Shown one piece after another: positions 9,510-16,093 of a DNA stretch of 20,000 bases. The stretch is from IMG/VR virus record IMGVR_UViG_3300025652_000046; one strand, written 5' to 3'. Under the pieces are notes generated by a model. The model was not told the origin of the DNA. It was given only the letters and a program-made list of their open reading frames with translations, and searched no databases. Source of the stretch: an uncultured virus (IMG/VR IMGVR_UViG_3300025652_000046) (lineage: Duplodnaviria; Heunggongvirae; Uroviricota; Caudoviricetes). The first letter of the stretch is position 1, and the number at the start of each line of letters is the position of its first letter. Both the position numbers and the translations under genes were made by a program.

Positions 9510-9585
9510 AATGAGTCTCTTAATAGTCTCTTAAGAATACTTAGGATTAGTCTCCTAATAGTCTCCTAATAGTCTCTTAATGATC
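9510..9585. repeat. degenerate 11-bp tandem repeat TAATAGTCTC(T/C), ~5 copies
   Basis: ...gagtctcttaatagtctcttaag...ttagtctcctaatagtctcctaatagtctcttaat... Confidence 0.8.
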
Positions 9586-9635
9586 ATTAATGGTAATTAA
9601 TATATAACGAAGGGAGCAGGGGTTCATCCTTCCCT

Positions 9636-9650
9636 CTCTAGCGGGCACTA
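9636..9650 (-). promoter_or_regulatory. recurring motif TAGTGCCCGCTAGAG, putative phage promoter/operator upstream of the holin
   Basis: Shares WGTGCCC[T/G]CT with sites at 10327, 11083 and 11797. Confidence 0.45.
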
Positions 9651-9846
9651 CTTTTTATCCATAGGAATCATACATTTAAAATACCTGATTATGTGTGATT
9701 CTTTGTAAAAATGTCGAACGCGATTTTGTATAAAAGAATAGTAGCTACTCGGCTTCAAAGCGCTTCGCACTTCTCGCTTCGTGATAGTACCAGAGTGCTC
9801 CAGAGTGGCTCTCTCCCATACTTTAACAGATTTCTGATACCTTGGC

Positions 9847-10281
9847 TTAGCCTTTAGTACACTTACCTTTCTCTGTCTTACCTACGTGCTGTCCGTGAGT
9901 TCTTACTCGGTGGCAATTACTACACAACAAAAAACATCCTCTGATTACTTCTTTTATTCTCTTTAAACTCCAACCTGCTGACAGGACTGAGCTCTTTACT
10001 GCTTTACTTACAGAACTAGGGTCGTGCGGGATTAAATCAATGGCACACGCGTGAGCCCTGTATCCACAAGTACCACAACCTAAGATAGTCTTTACCCTAG
10101 CTATGAATTTTCTGTGTTTGTTTAATCTCTTCCACTCTGTGGTCTTCTCACGCCTGTTTTTCTTGTTTAGTTCAATCTGACAGATCTTACATGCTAGATT
10201 AAAACCATTCTTTCTTGCTTTGTTCTTGTAAAAGTCGTTGAGTGGTTTTTCAACCTTACAACGGTTACATGTTTGGCTCAT
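9847..10281 (-). CDS. Zn-ribbon + HNH-like protein (144 aa)
   Basis: Start moved to MSQTCNRC (ATG 10281, AAGGA RBS). CNRC..CKIC ribbon, then CGTCGY...AIDLIPH...LCSNCHR. Confidence 0.8.
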   Translation of the reverse strand: MSQTCNRCKVEKPLNDFYKNKARKNGFNLACKICQIELNKKNRREKTTEWKRLNKHRKFIARVKTILGCGTCGYRAHACAIDLIPHDPSSVSKAVKSSVLSAGWSLKRIKEVIRGCFLLCSNCHRVRTHGQHVGKTEKGKCTKG

Positions 10282-10326
10282 TAGAAGGTTTCCTTTGATA
10301 TATGTGTATTGGGTAGAGTCTTGTCT

Positions 10327-10341
10327 TAATAGAGGGCACAA
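10327..10341 (-). promoter_or_regulatory. recurring motif TTGTGCCCTCTATTA
   Basis: ~45 bp upstream of ATG 10281; near-identical to 11797-11811. Confidence 0.45.
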
Positions 10342-10372
10342 TATAAAACACTCCAAAAAGGGCCATTGGTGT

Positions 10373-10418
10373 TGGCGCGGAAACCATCGAGAATCCCTAA
10401 TGCTGGCGCGGAAACCAT
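10373..10418. repeat. 15-bp direct repeat TGGCGCGGAAACCAT x2, 31-bp period
   Basis: Exact copies at 10373-10387 and 10404-10418, intergenic. Confidence 0.85.
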
Positions 10419-10448
10419 TTCACTCGGGGTCCTTTGTGGTTAGGGGAT

Positions 10449-11015
10449 TTAGGTGATGTTGTTTGTGTGTGATTCTATCAAATAACAATTAGAGCATAAT
10501 ACCCTACACTGGGATAACTCTTTTTCAAGCCTAACCGCACCCCAGGAAGCCCTAATGGTATACTTGGCACTAGAGGATAAGTGTACGAACTCTAGGGCCA
10601 CAGGGTTCTCTTTGAATCCACAAGTACTACAACCACCGCATATTGTTTTGTATTTGTCTATAACAACCTTATTACGGGCTAATCTTTCCTGTTTCTTTGT
10701 ATCTTGTGTATATGTGGGTGCTGATTTACTGACACATCTACGACAAGTGGAATTTCTGCCAGTCTTGTTACCTTTGTTCTTGTGGAAGTAGTCAGCTTCT
10801 TTAGTTACTAGACAACTACTACATTCTATACTATATTCGACAGGAGGGTTAGGCATTCGTGCTGTGCGGGATTCCTTCTGGCAGTCTTTACAACTACTGT
10901 TACGTTTAGAAACTCTTGATGTGTTCTTAAAGAATTCTGTGTGTGGCTTCACGAGGGAGCATTGAGAGCATTCGTAAGAACGAAAGCGGCTGCTCTTTGT
11001 GTTATATATGGTCAT
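10449..11015 (-). CDS. double Zn-ribbon + HNH-like protein (188 aa)
   Basis: CSQC..CKDC and CSSC..CRRC ribbons, then CSTCGF...ALEFVH...LCSNCY; same architecture as 9847..10281. Confidence 0.8.
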   Translation of the reverse strand: MTIYNTKSSRFRSYECSQCSLVKPHTEFFKNTSRVSKRNSSCKDCQKESRTARMPNPPVEYSIECSSCLVTKEADYFHKNKGNKTGRNSTCRRCVSKSAPTYTQDTKKQERLARNKVVIDKYKTICGGCSTCGFKENPVALEFVHLSSSAKYTIRASWGAVRLEKELSQCRVLCSNCYLIESHTNNIT

Positions 11016-11082
11016 GTGTGGTTCCTATGAGCGATAGCGACCGCTCTTTTGTGGTTCATTAATGGTCATGTGTGGTTCTTTC

Positions 11083-11096
11083 TAGAGAGGGCACTA
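11083..11096 (-). promoter_or_regulatory. recurring motif TAGTGCCCTCTCTA
   Basis: ~70 bp upstream of ATG 11015. Confidence 0.45.
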
Positions 11097-11220
11097 TTGG
11101 GATCCTTTGGTTTTCCTCTTTGGTTCTGAATGGACTCTAAAATTTCCCTTATGAAAAAACCAATTAATTTCTAGACAAGAAGGGAGTAAGCATCAAGAAC
11201 CAAAAGGGCCCTATACCCCC

Positions 11221-11260
11221 CATGACCACCCATGACCACCCATGACCACCCATGACCACC
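11221..11260. repeat. tandem repeat (CATGACCACC)x4
   Basis: Four exact copies. Confidence 0.95.
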
Positions 11261-11539
11261 TATTATCATCAATGCCCACGAGTGTTCCACAGTGAATCAC
11301 AGAGAGACACTAATGACATTAAAGAGCGGTTGCTTCGCTCGTGGATGGCTATGGCATATGTGGTCATGTGTGGTCATATGTGGGTATGAGTGATGGTGTG
11401 TGGTTATATGTGTGGGTGTCGGTGAGCATGTGTGGTTTTAGTGGTTAAAGTGAATTATCCCTTATAGGAAGTTATTCAATTTGTGCACATCGATTAATGC
11501 TAAAGGCTGTAGTTAAGTAGTCAGTGATAATTCAAATAC

Positions 11540-11594
11540 ACACCACTAAGACACCACTAAGACACCACTAAGACACCATTAAGACCCCATTAAG
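11540..11594. repeat. tandem repeat (ACACCACTAAG)x3 plus 2 variants
   Basis: Three exact copies then ACACCATTAAG and ACCCCATTAAG. Confidence 0.95.
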
Positions 11595-11796
11595 CCCTCA
11601 CTAATGCTCCATCAATGCCCACCAATTACCTCTCCATTACAATAAGTGATAATTAAAATAAGCCCATTAAAGATCCTAAATGAAAACGTTTATCACTAAT
11701 ATCCCACGAGCGGTTGAGCTCGCTCTTATCTGTCTATCTATGTCTAGCTATGTCTATCTCTATACATTAAACCCCTTACTAATCATATAGATAAAA

Positions 11797-11811
11797 TAGT
11801 GCCCTCTATTA
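11797..11811 (+). promoter_or_regulatory. recurring motif TAGTGCCCTCTATTA, opposite orientation to the other copies
   Basis: Lies inside the arm that is inverted-homologous to 9585-9665. Confidence 0.4.
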
Positions 11812-11857
11812 GAAGAAGCTCCCCCTGCTCCCCGTGCTATATATTATTCATTAATGC

Positions 11858-11924
11858 CATTAATGCCCATATATGACATATTAATGCCCATATATGACAT
11901 TAATGCCCATATATGACATTAATG
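11858..11924. repeat. ~19-bp tandem repeat ATTAATGCCCATATATGAC x3
   Basis: Three copies, with a 2-bp insertion after the first. Confidence 0.9.
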
Positions 11925-11984
11925 ACCATACATAGACCATACATAGACCATACATAGACCATACATAGACCATACATAGACCAT
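11924..11984. repeat. tandem repeat (GACCATACATA)x5.5
   Basis: Five exact copies plus GACCAT. Confidence 0.95.
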
Positions 11985-12040
11985 GTCTAATACACTAATA
12001 GACTAACCTTAGAGGGTTAAACCTATACACACAACAAACT

Positions 12041-12130
12041 AAACATTAATAGACATTAATAGACATTAATAGACATTAATAGACATTAATAGACATTAAT
12101 AGACATTAATAGACATTAATAGACATTAAT
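12041..12130. repeat. tandem repeat (AGACATTAAT)x8 plus 1 variant
   Basis: Exact copies at 12051-12130, preceded by AAACATTAAT. Confidence 0.95.
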
Positions 12131-12307
12131 TAATCCCTAATGTTATTGTTTAGTTGTTTAGATTAATACAAAACAAACAACCCAATCTATCTATATATGT
12201 GTATTACATTACCTCTGTATGCCTTAATATGTTTAATGTCATTACTGGATCACTCTGGAGCACTCTTGATACATTAGTTATTGAGTGATAGAGACCCGTT
12301 ATTAACA

Positions 12308-12387
12308 TAAAAAAAATAAAAGAGTTTATGCCCCCAAGTTACCACCCACGACCAGTAAGGTCAAGGATGATAGCTTGGGGGCTTTTT
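12308..12387 (-). terminator. long hairpin/terminator ending the accessory-gene transcript (possibly bidirectional)
   Basis: GCCCCCAAG...CTTGGGGGC (12330-12382) with an extended G:U-containing stem on the minus strand; T-runs on both sides. Confidence 0.75.
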
Positions 12388-12395
12388 ACGTTAAT

Positions 12396-12725
12396 CTATA
12401 TTAGGTGTTCAGTAGTGGTTATGGTTCTTTCAACAACGCCAGTTTCTAAGTCTATACCTCGCATCTTCGCTGCTGCTTGAAGTCTGTGATATATGCTTTG
12501 ATTAACATCAGAGGATTCTAATAAAGAGGGAGTTACCTTTTTCTCACAACTGTGGTTCACACTCTTTCGGAACTCTAAGCAGTTCAGCCCACCAATACAT
12601 CTTGTTAATACCAGTAGTTCGAAGTCTGTTAATTCAATCATATTATGTGTTCCTTTTAAGTTATTAGTCATTTTGTTCGGTTTTACAATATCGTCTTCAA
12701 TCCACATCTCAAGTTCACGCATCAT
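12396..12725 (-). CDS. hypothetical protein (start 12725 or 12641)
   Basis: The track start at 12887 overlaps the next gene; RBS-supported ATGs are at 12725 (AGGAG) and 12641 (AAGGA). Confidence 0.65.
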   Translation of the reverse strand: MMRELEMWIEDDIVKPNKMTNNLKGTHNMIELTDFELLVLTRCIGGLNCLEFRKSVNHSCEKKVTPSLLESSDVNQSIYHRLQAAAKMRGIDLETGVVERTITTTEHLI

Positions 12726-12747
12726 ATTACTTACTCTCCTGTATTTA

Positions 12748-12993
12748 TTACCACCACCAATGAACCCACACCTCTTCCCCGAAAGGAACAAGTGTTTTAA
12801 TATGTGCATATATTTTAGGGTAAAGGAATTCACCTGCTTGTCCTTCATACCAATCATCTTCAGAGAACTTATAGATACATACATCATTGATTAACCTGTC
12901 GTCATCTCTCCACATCTGACTAGCTTCCTCTCCCAACTCTTCCGCATCACTCCACTGTATGTCTAATACCCATTGTTTTCTTAGTGCTATCAT
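12748..12993 (-). CDS. hypothetical acidic, Trp-rich protein (81 aa)
   Basis: GGAGTAAGTAATG start context. Confidence 0.75.
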   Translation of the reverse strand: MIALRKQWVLDIQWSDAEELGEEASQMWRDDDRLINDVCIYKFSEDDWYEGQAGEFLYPKIYAHIKTLVPFGEEVWVHWWW

Positions 12994-12996
12994 TAC

Positions 12997-13104
12997 TTAC
13001 TCCAACATTTGAATAATGCCCCATAGTAATACAGCGGCTGTGAATAACATACTCAACACTAATGATCCTAGTGCTAGTATAACTACGTACTCTTCAAGCA
13101 ACAT
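12997..13104 (-). CDS. small single-TM protein (35 aa)
   Basis: Own translation MLLEEYVVILALGSLVLSMLFTAAVLLWGIIQMLE; AGGAG RBS; fills the gap. Confidence 0.65.
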   Translation of the reverse strand: MLLEEYVVILALGSLVLSMLFTAAVLLWGIIQMLE

Positions 13105-13113
13105 AGTTAACTC

Positions 13114-13191
13114 CTAATCATTTAGTATGAACAATAGCAATATAAATGCCATGAATATTGCGAATACCAACACTGTTTGTTCTTCATCCAT
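13114..13191 (-). CDS. small single-TM protein (25 aa)
   Basis: Own translation MDEEQTVLVFAIFMAFILLLFILND; AAGGAG RBS; TAATG overlap with the upstream stop. Confidence 0.65.
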   Translation of the reverse strand: MDEEQTVLVFAIFMAFILLLFILND

Positions 13192-13496
13192 TACTTATTC
13201 TCCTTTTGCTTTACACTGTATTCAGGTACCCGTCCCGCGATTCTTGTGTTAGGGAACTGATCTAATGCTCGCATATGCCTACCTTCATAACCCATTACAA
13301 GTAGGTATATCTCGTCCCCACTTACAAGTTTACCTGTTTCAACAAACCTCCAGTTTCTGGTAGTACTACTACTTACAAGGTAGTCTTTCTTCTCTTTAAA
13401 GAAATACCCCGTTTCAATAGTTATCATAGCTTGAAACCAAAACTCAGCTGTTTCATTACATTCTCTTTTTTCTACTAATCTAAAATTACTTATCAT
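13191..13496 (-). CDS. hypothetical protein (101 aa)
   Basis: ORF with AAGGAG RBS. Confidence 0.8.
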   Translation of the reverse strand: MISNFRLVEKRECNETAEFWFQAMITIETGYFFKEKKDYLVSSSTTRNWRFVETGKLVSGDEIYLLVMGYEGRHMRALDQFPNTRIAGRVPEYSVKQKENK

Positions 13497-13514
13497 TACT
13501 TATTCTCCTTTAGC

Positions 13515-13718
13515 TTATAAAGATTCTGGTAAATGTCCCGCTAGAGATTCCATACCATTATACAAGTCTTCTATTGTCCAATCTTCAAATGCCTCTAGTA
13601 CGTGGCTCTCTATAAACTCATCGATACCCTCGTTATCCTCTCTTTCTAATAACTCCTCAGGTAGTCCTTCCGTGAGGAAGAAGCTACTTGCCCAAATTAT
13701 ACGTTCTATCTTATCCAT
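13515..13718 (-). CDS. very acidic small protein (67 aa)
   Basis: ORF with GAGGA RBS; strongly Glu/Asp-rich. Confidence 0.8.
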   Translation of the reverse strand: MDKIERIIWASSFFLTEGLPEELLEREDNEGIDEFIESHVLEAFEDWTIEDLYNGMESLAGHLPESL

Positions 13719-13752
13719 TATTCATTCCTCTTTTAATTAGTAGCAACCACTA

Positions 13753-13977
13753 TCAATACTTTCTATCTGTAGCAGCATTCTCTCCATTGCCACAAACTAT
13801 CATATATTCATAATCTGCTAACATCTCGAAGTAGGGCCTCAAGTAGTCCTCTATGTACTCCAGACGGATATCATAAGAACCCGCGCTTATTCGGTAGTAG
13901 TTTTCTTTCGCTATATCAAGGACTACATCATGTACAACTGTATCTTCTACTGACATTAATCTTATTCTAAATTCCAT
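13753..13977 (-). CDS. LxPY paralog family member 10 (74 aa, C-terminally shortened)
   Basis: MEFR...VHDVVLDI...YIEDYLRPYFEMLADY. Confidence 0.85.
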   Translation of the reverse strand: MEFRIRLMSVEDTVVHDVVLDIAKENYYRISAGSYDIRLEYIEDYLRPYFEMLADYEYMIVCGNGENAATDRKY

Positions 13978-13996
13978 AAGTCACCCTGTTTAATTA

Positions 13997-14281
13997 CTAG
14001 TTAAGTGCGTAGCAACCACTCTTGAGAAAACCATACCTTCTAGCTGTAGCAGCATTCTCTCCACTGCCACAGATTACCATATAGTCATAATCTGCTACTA
14101 GATTGAAGTAGGGCTTTAAGTGAGTCTCAATATACTCTACACGGATATGTCCGTAGTAACTTGTTTTCTTATCCCCCTGTTTACGGTATGCTCCTACTCG
14201 GTAGTTTCCTTTCCCTATATCAAGGACTTCATTATGTACAGTTTTATCTTTTCCTGATATTAATGTTATTTTAAATTCCAT
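13997..14281 (-). CDS. LxPY paralog family member 9 (94 aa)
   Basis: MEFK...VHNEVLDI...YIETHLKPYFNLVADY. Confidence 0.85.
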   Translation of the reverse strand: MEFKITLISGKDKTVHNEVLDIGKGNYRVGAYRKQGDKKTSYYGHIRVEYIETHLKPYFNLVADYDYMVICGSGENAATARRYGFLKSGCYALN

Positions 14282-14304
14282 TAGCTACATAGCCTCTCTA
14301 GTGG

Positions 14305-14550
14305 TTAACGATCGAAATGTTGTGGGCGTAATGTAATGTTACTACCCCTACCTGTGACTGATAGGTAGCTGTACTCTGCCACCATTTCGAAATAGGGTTT
14401 TAGGTTTGACTCCATGTATGTATCCCCTATAGAGTAAAAATGTGATCCCTTACCTGGTGGTAACACTATTCGGGTATGCTCGTCAGGTATGTCCATGACT
14501 TCCTCATGTATAGTAGTACTACCTTCCATTAACTCTATTTTAAATTCCAT
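14305..14550 (-). CDS. LxPY paralog family member 8 (81 aa)
   Basis: MEFK...IHEEVMDI...YMESNLKPYFEMVAEY. Confidence 0.85.
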   Translation of the reverse strand: MEFKIELMEGSTTIHEEVMDIPDEHTRIVLPPGKGSHFYSIGDTYMESNLKPYFEMVAEYSYLSVTGRGSNITLRPQHFDR

Positions 14551-14810
14551 TAGTCATCCTTATAGTAGTTCATCCTAAGAAACCAAGGAGAGCCCTTGTT
14601 TGTTATCGATATCCTGTTATATTCAAACAACAAGTCGTAGTAGGGTCTTAAATAATCACGAATATAATCAGACTTAGGCGCAGGTCTTCGACACTCAAAA
14701 GTAGAGTGAGTGTTCCTATCAAGGTCTCTACAGTTAGCTTCAGCTATCTCTACAATATCTGTGTGTACCACAATTCCCTCATCCGATACTAATTCTACCC
14801 TGAATTCCAT
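14550..14810 (-). CDS. LxPY paralog family member 7 (86 aa)
   Basis: MEFR...VHTDIVEI...YIRDYLRPYYDLLFEY. Confidence 0.85.
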   Translation of the reverse strand: MEFRVELVSDEGIVVHTDIVEIAEANCRDLDRNTHSTFECRRPAPKSDYIRDYLRPYYDLLFEYNRISITNKGSPWFLRMNYYKDD

Positions 14811-14819
14811 TAGTTATCC

Positions 14820-15062
14820 TTAAGCATAGTAGTATTGTGAAAAGGCTAACGATCTTTCACATGGGACGATCTTTACAAAGTCGAAATCTGCCAACATTTC
14901 GAGATAGGGCATCAGACTCGACTCTACATACGAACCCTTTATCACGAAACACGGATCGGCATCTTTGCTCCCAGGATGGTGATGCACAGCGTCTTCGGGT
15001 ATAGTCATGTTTTCTTTGTGTACAACATTCCCGTTGTTTATCATCCTTATTTTAACATTCAT
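14820..15062 (-). CDS. LxPY paralog family member 6 (80 aa)
   Basis: MNVK...VHKENMTI...YVESSLMPYLEMLADF. Confidence 0.85.
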   Translation of the reverse strand: MNVKIRMINNGNVVHKENMTIPEDAVHHHPGSKDADPCFVIKGSYVESSLMPYLEMLADFDFVKIVPCERSLAFSQYYYA

Positions 15063-15420
15063 CTATACCGTGCCCCATCTCGTATACCGATAAGTCGATA
15101 CACATTATCCTATCTTCTTCAGCGTGTAGGTCCGCATCTTCTTTGCTATCATATATAGAGGTACAACCAATACTATCCACATTCAGCCAACCCTCATATG
15201 CAACAGGTGCCATAAAGAGGTCGTCACTATTACAAAATCCTCCCCCAAGGAAGTTACCTTCTTCATCCCATTGTTGTATATGACCTGCTACCACACCCAC
15301 TAAGAAGTCGTCAGCACACACATATAGGTCCTCAAAGTAACCAAGTTGAGTTACCGTCTCACCCTCGCGAGTTATTACTTTATCACCAGCTAAGGCTCTT
15401 TCTAAGTTAAATTTCTTCAT
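15052..15420 (-). CDS. conserved phage hypothetical protein (122 aa), not an LxPY paralog
   Basis: N-terminus MKKFNLERALAGDKVITREG resembles a recurrent phage hypothetical family; AAGGA RBS. Confidence 0.8.
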   Translation of the reverse strand: MKKFNLERALAGDKVITREGETVTQLGYFEDLYVCADDFLVGVVAGHIQQWDEEGNFLGGGFCNSDDLFMAPVAYEGWLNVDSIGCTSIYDSKEDADLHAEEDRIMCIDLSVYEMGHGIDEC

Positions 15421-15432
15421 TATGTATATTCC

Positions 15433-15681
15433 TTAAAAGTTATAATCGTTTTGTAGTATGAGTGATCGACTGTACGTCCACAGGGTTGTCCTCTCACTGA
15501 ATGGTACTGGCATCACTATACGAATAGTAGAATACGAGTATAACAAGTCAAGGTAAGGTATTAAGTGGTCTTCCATATAAGTCATGCTTATCATAGTCCC
15601 GTCAAACAACCCGCTATCCGGTATATCTATTAACTCCTCATACACACCTAACTGCCCCTCTACTATTACTTTAAATTCCAT
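15433..15681 (-). CDS. LxPY paralog family member 5 (82 aa)
   Basis: MEFK...VYEELIDI...YMEDHLIPYLDLLYSY. Confidence 0.85.
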   Translation of the reverse strand: MEFKVIVEGQLGVYEELIDIPDSGLFDGTMISMTYMEDHLIPYLDLLYSYSTIRIVMPVPFSERTTLWTYSRSLILQNDYNF

Positions 15682-15694
15682 TATGTATCCCTTA

Positions 15695-16093
15695 TTAGTT
15701 TACGAACACTTGTCTGTCATTAGTCATAAAGCAAGCAGACAGACCTTTTGGTAATCCCTGCTTTGTCTTAGTGAAAACAAACTCATTATATAAGTAGGGG
15801 TTATAGGTTATCTGTTTATATGAGGTAATAGAAGGCGTAATCACTTTTGGATTAGCACCTGTCTTAAAAGGTATGTGGTGTAGCAGTGTACCCTTTATAC
15901 CCGCGTGTACATTCTTAGACTTCTGTTCTAACACTCTCTGTCTGCCTCTCTCTGATACTGTAGGCTCTATACTACCACCTAACCTTACATAAGATGCGTG
16001 GTGTATTACTAAGCCTTTCTTAGGCCCATCCAGAGCCCTAACAGACCAACAGTGTTTATGTAGATTGTAGTATACAAATACTTTATCATTCAT
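15695..16093 (-). CDS. conserved phage hypothetical protein (132 aa), not an LxPY paralog
   Basis: VYYNLHK..WSV, GRQRVL...KNVHA and YNPY motifs of a recurrent phage family of unknown function. Confidence 0.8.
   Translation of the reverse strand: MNDKVFVYYNLHKHCWSVRALDGPKKGLVIHHASYVRLGGSIEPTVSERGRQRVLEQKSKNVHAGIKGTLLHHIPFKTGANPKVITPSITSYKQITYNPYLYNEFVFTKTKQGLPKGLSACFMTNDRQVFVN

Larger units (their letters stand above)
11016..12395. other. 1.4-kb non-coding, repeat-rich region (candidate origin, genome terminus or packaging region)
   Basis: No ORF >=60 aa; multiple tandem and inverted repeats; sits between the accessory and packaging modules. Confidence 0.7.

Noticed and set aside
9688..9717. 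Possible sigma70 promoter TCGACA-N18-CATAAT on the minus strand
   Set aside because: Both boxes mismatch the consensus and such matches are common in AT-rich DNA; not supportable alone.
10282..10356. N-terminal extension of the 169-aa track ORF
   Set aside because: The RBS-supported ATG is at 10281; the extension covers the GTGCCC motif and looks intergenic.
11221..12130. Repeats as a CRISPR array
   Set aside because: Units are 10-19 bp, head-to-tail, with no unique spacers and no cas genes.
12726..12887. N-terminal part of the 163-aa track ORF
   Set aside because: It overlaps the better-supported 12748..12993 gene in another frame.
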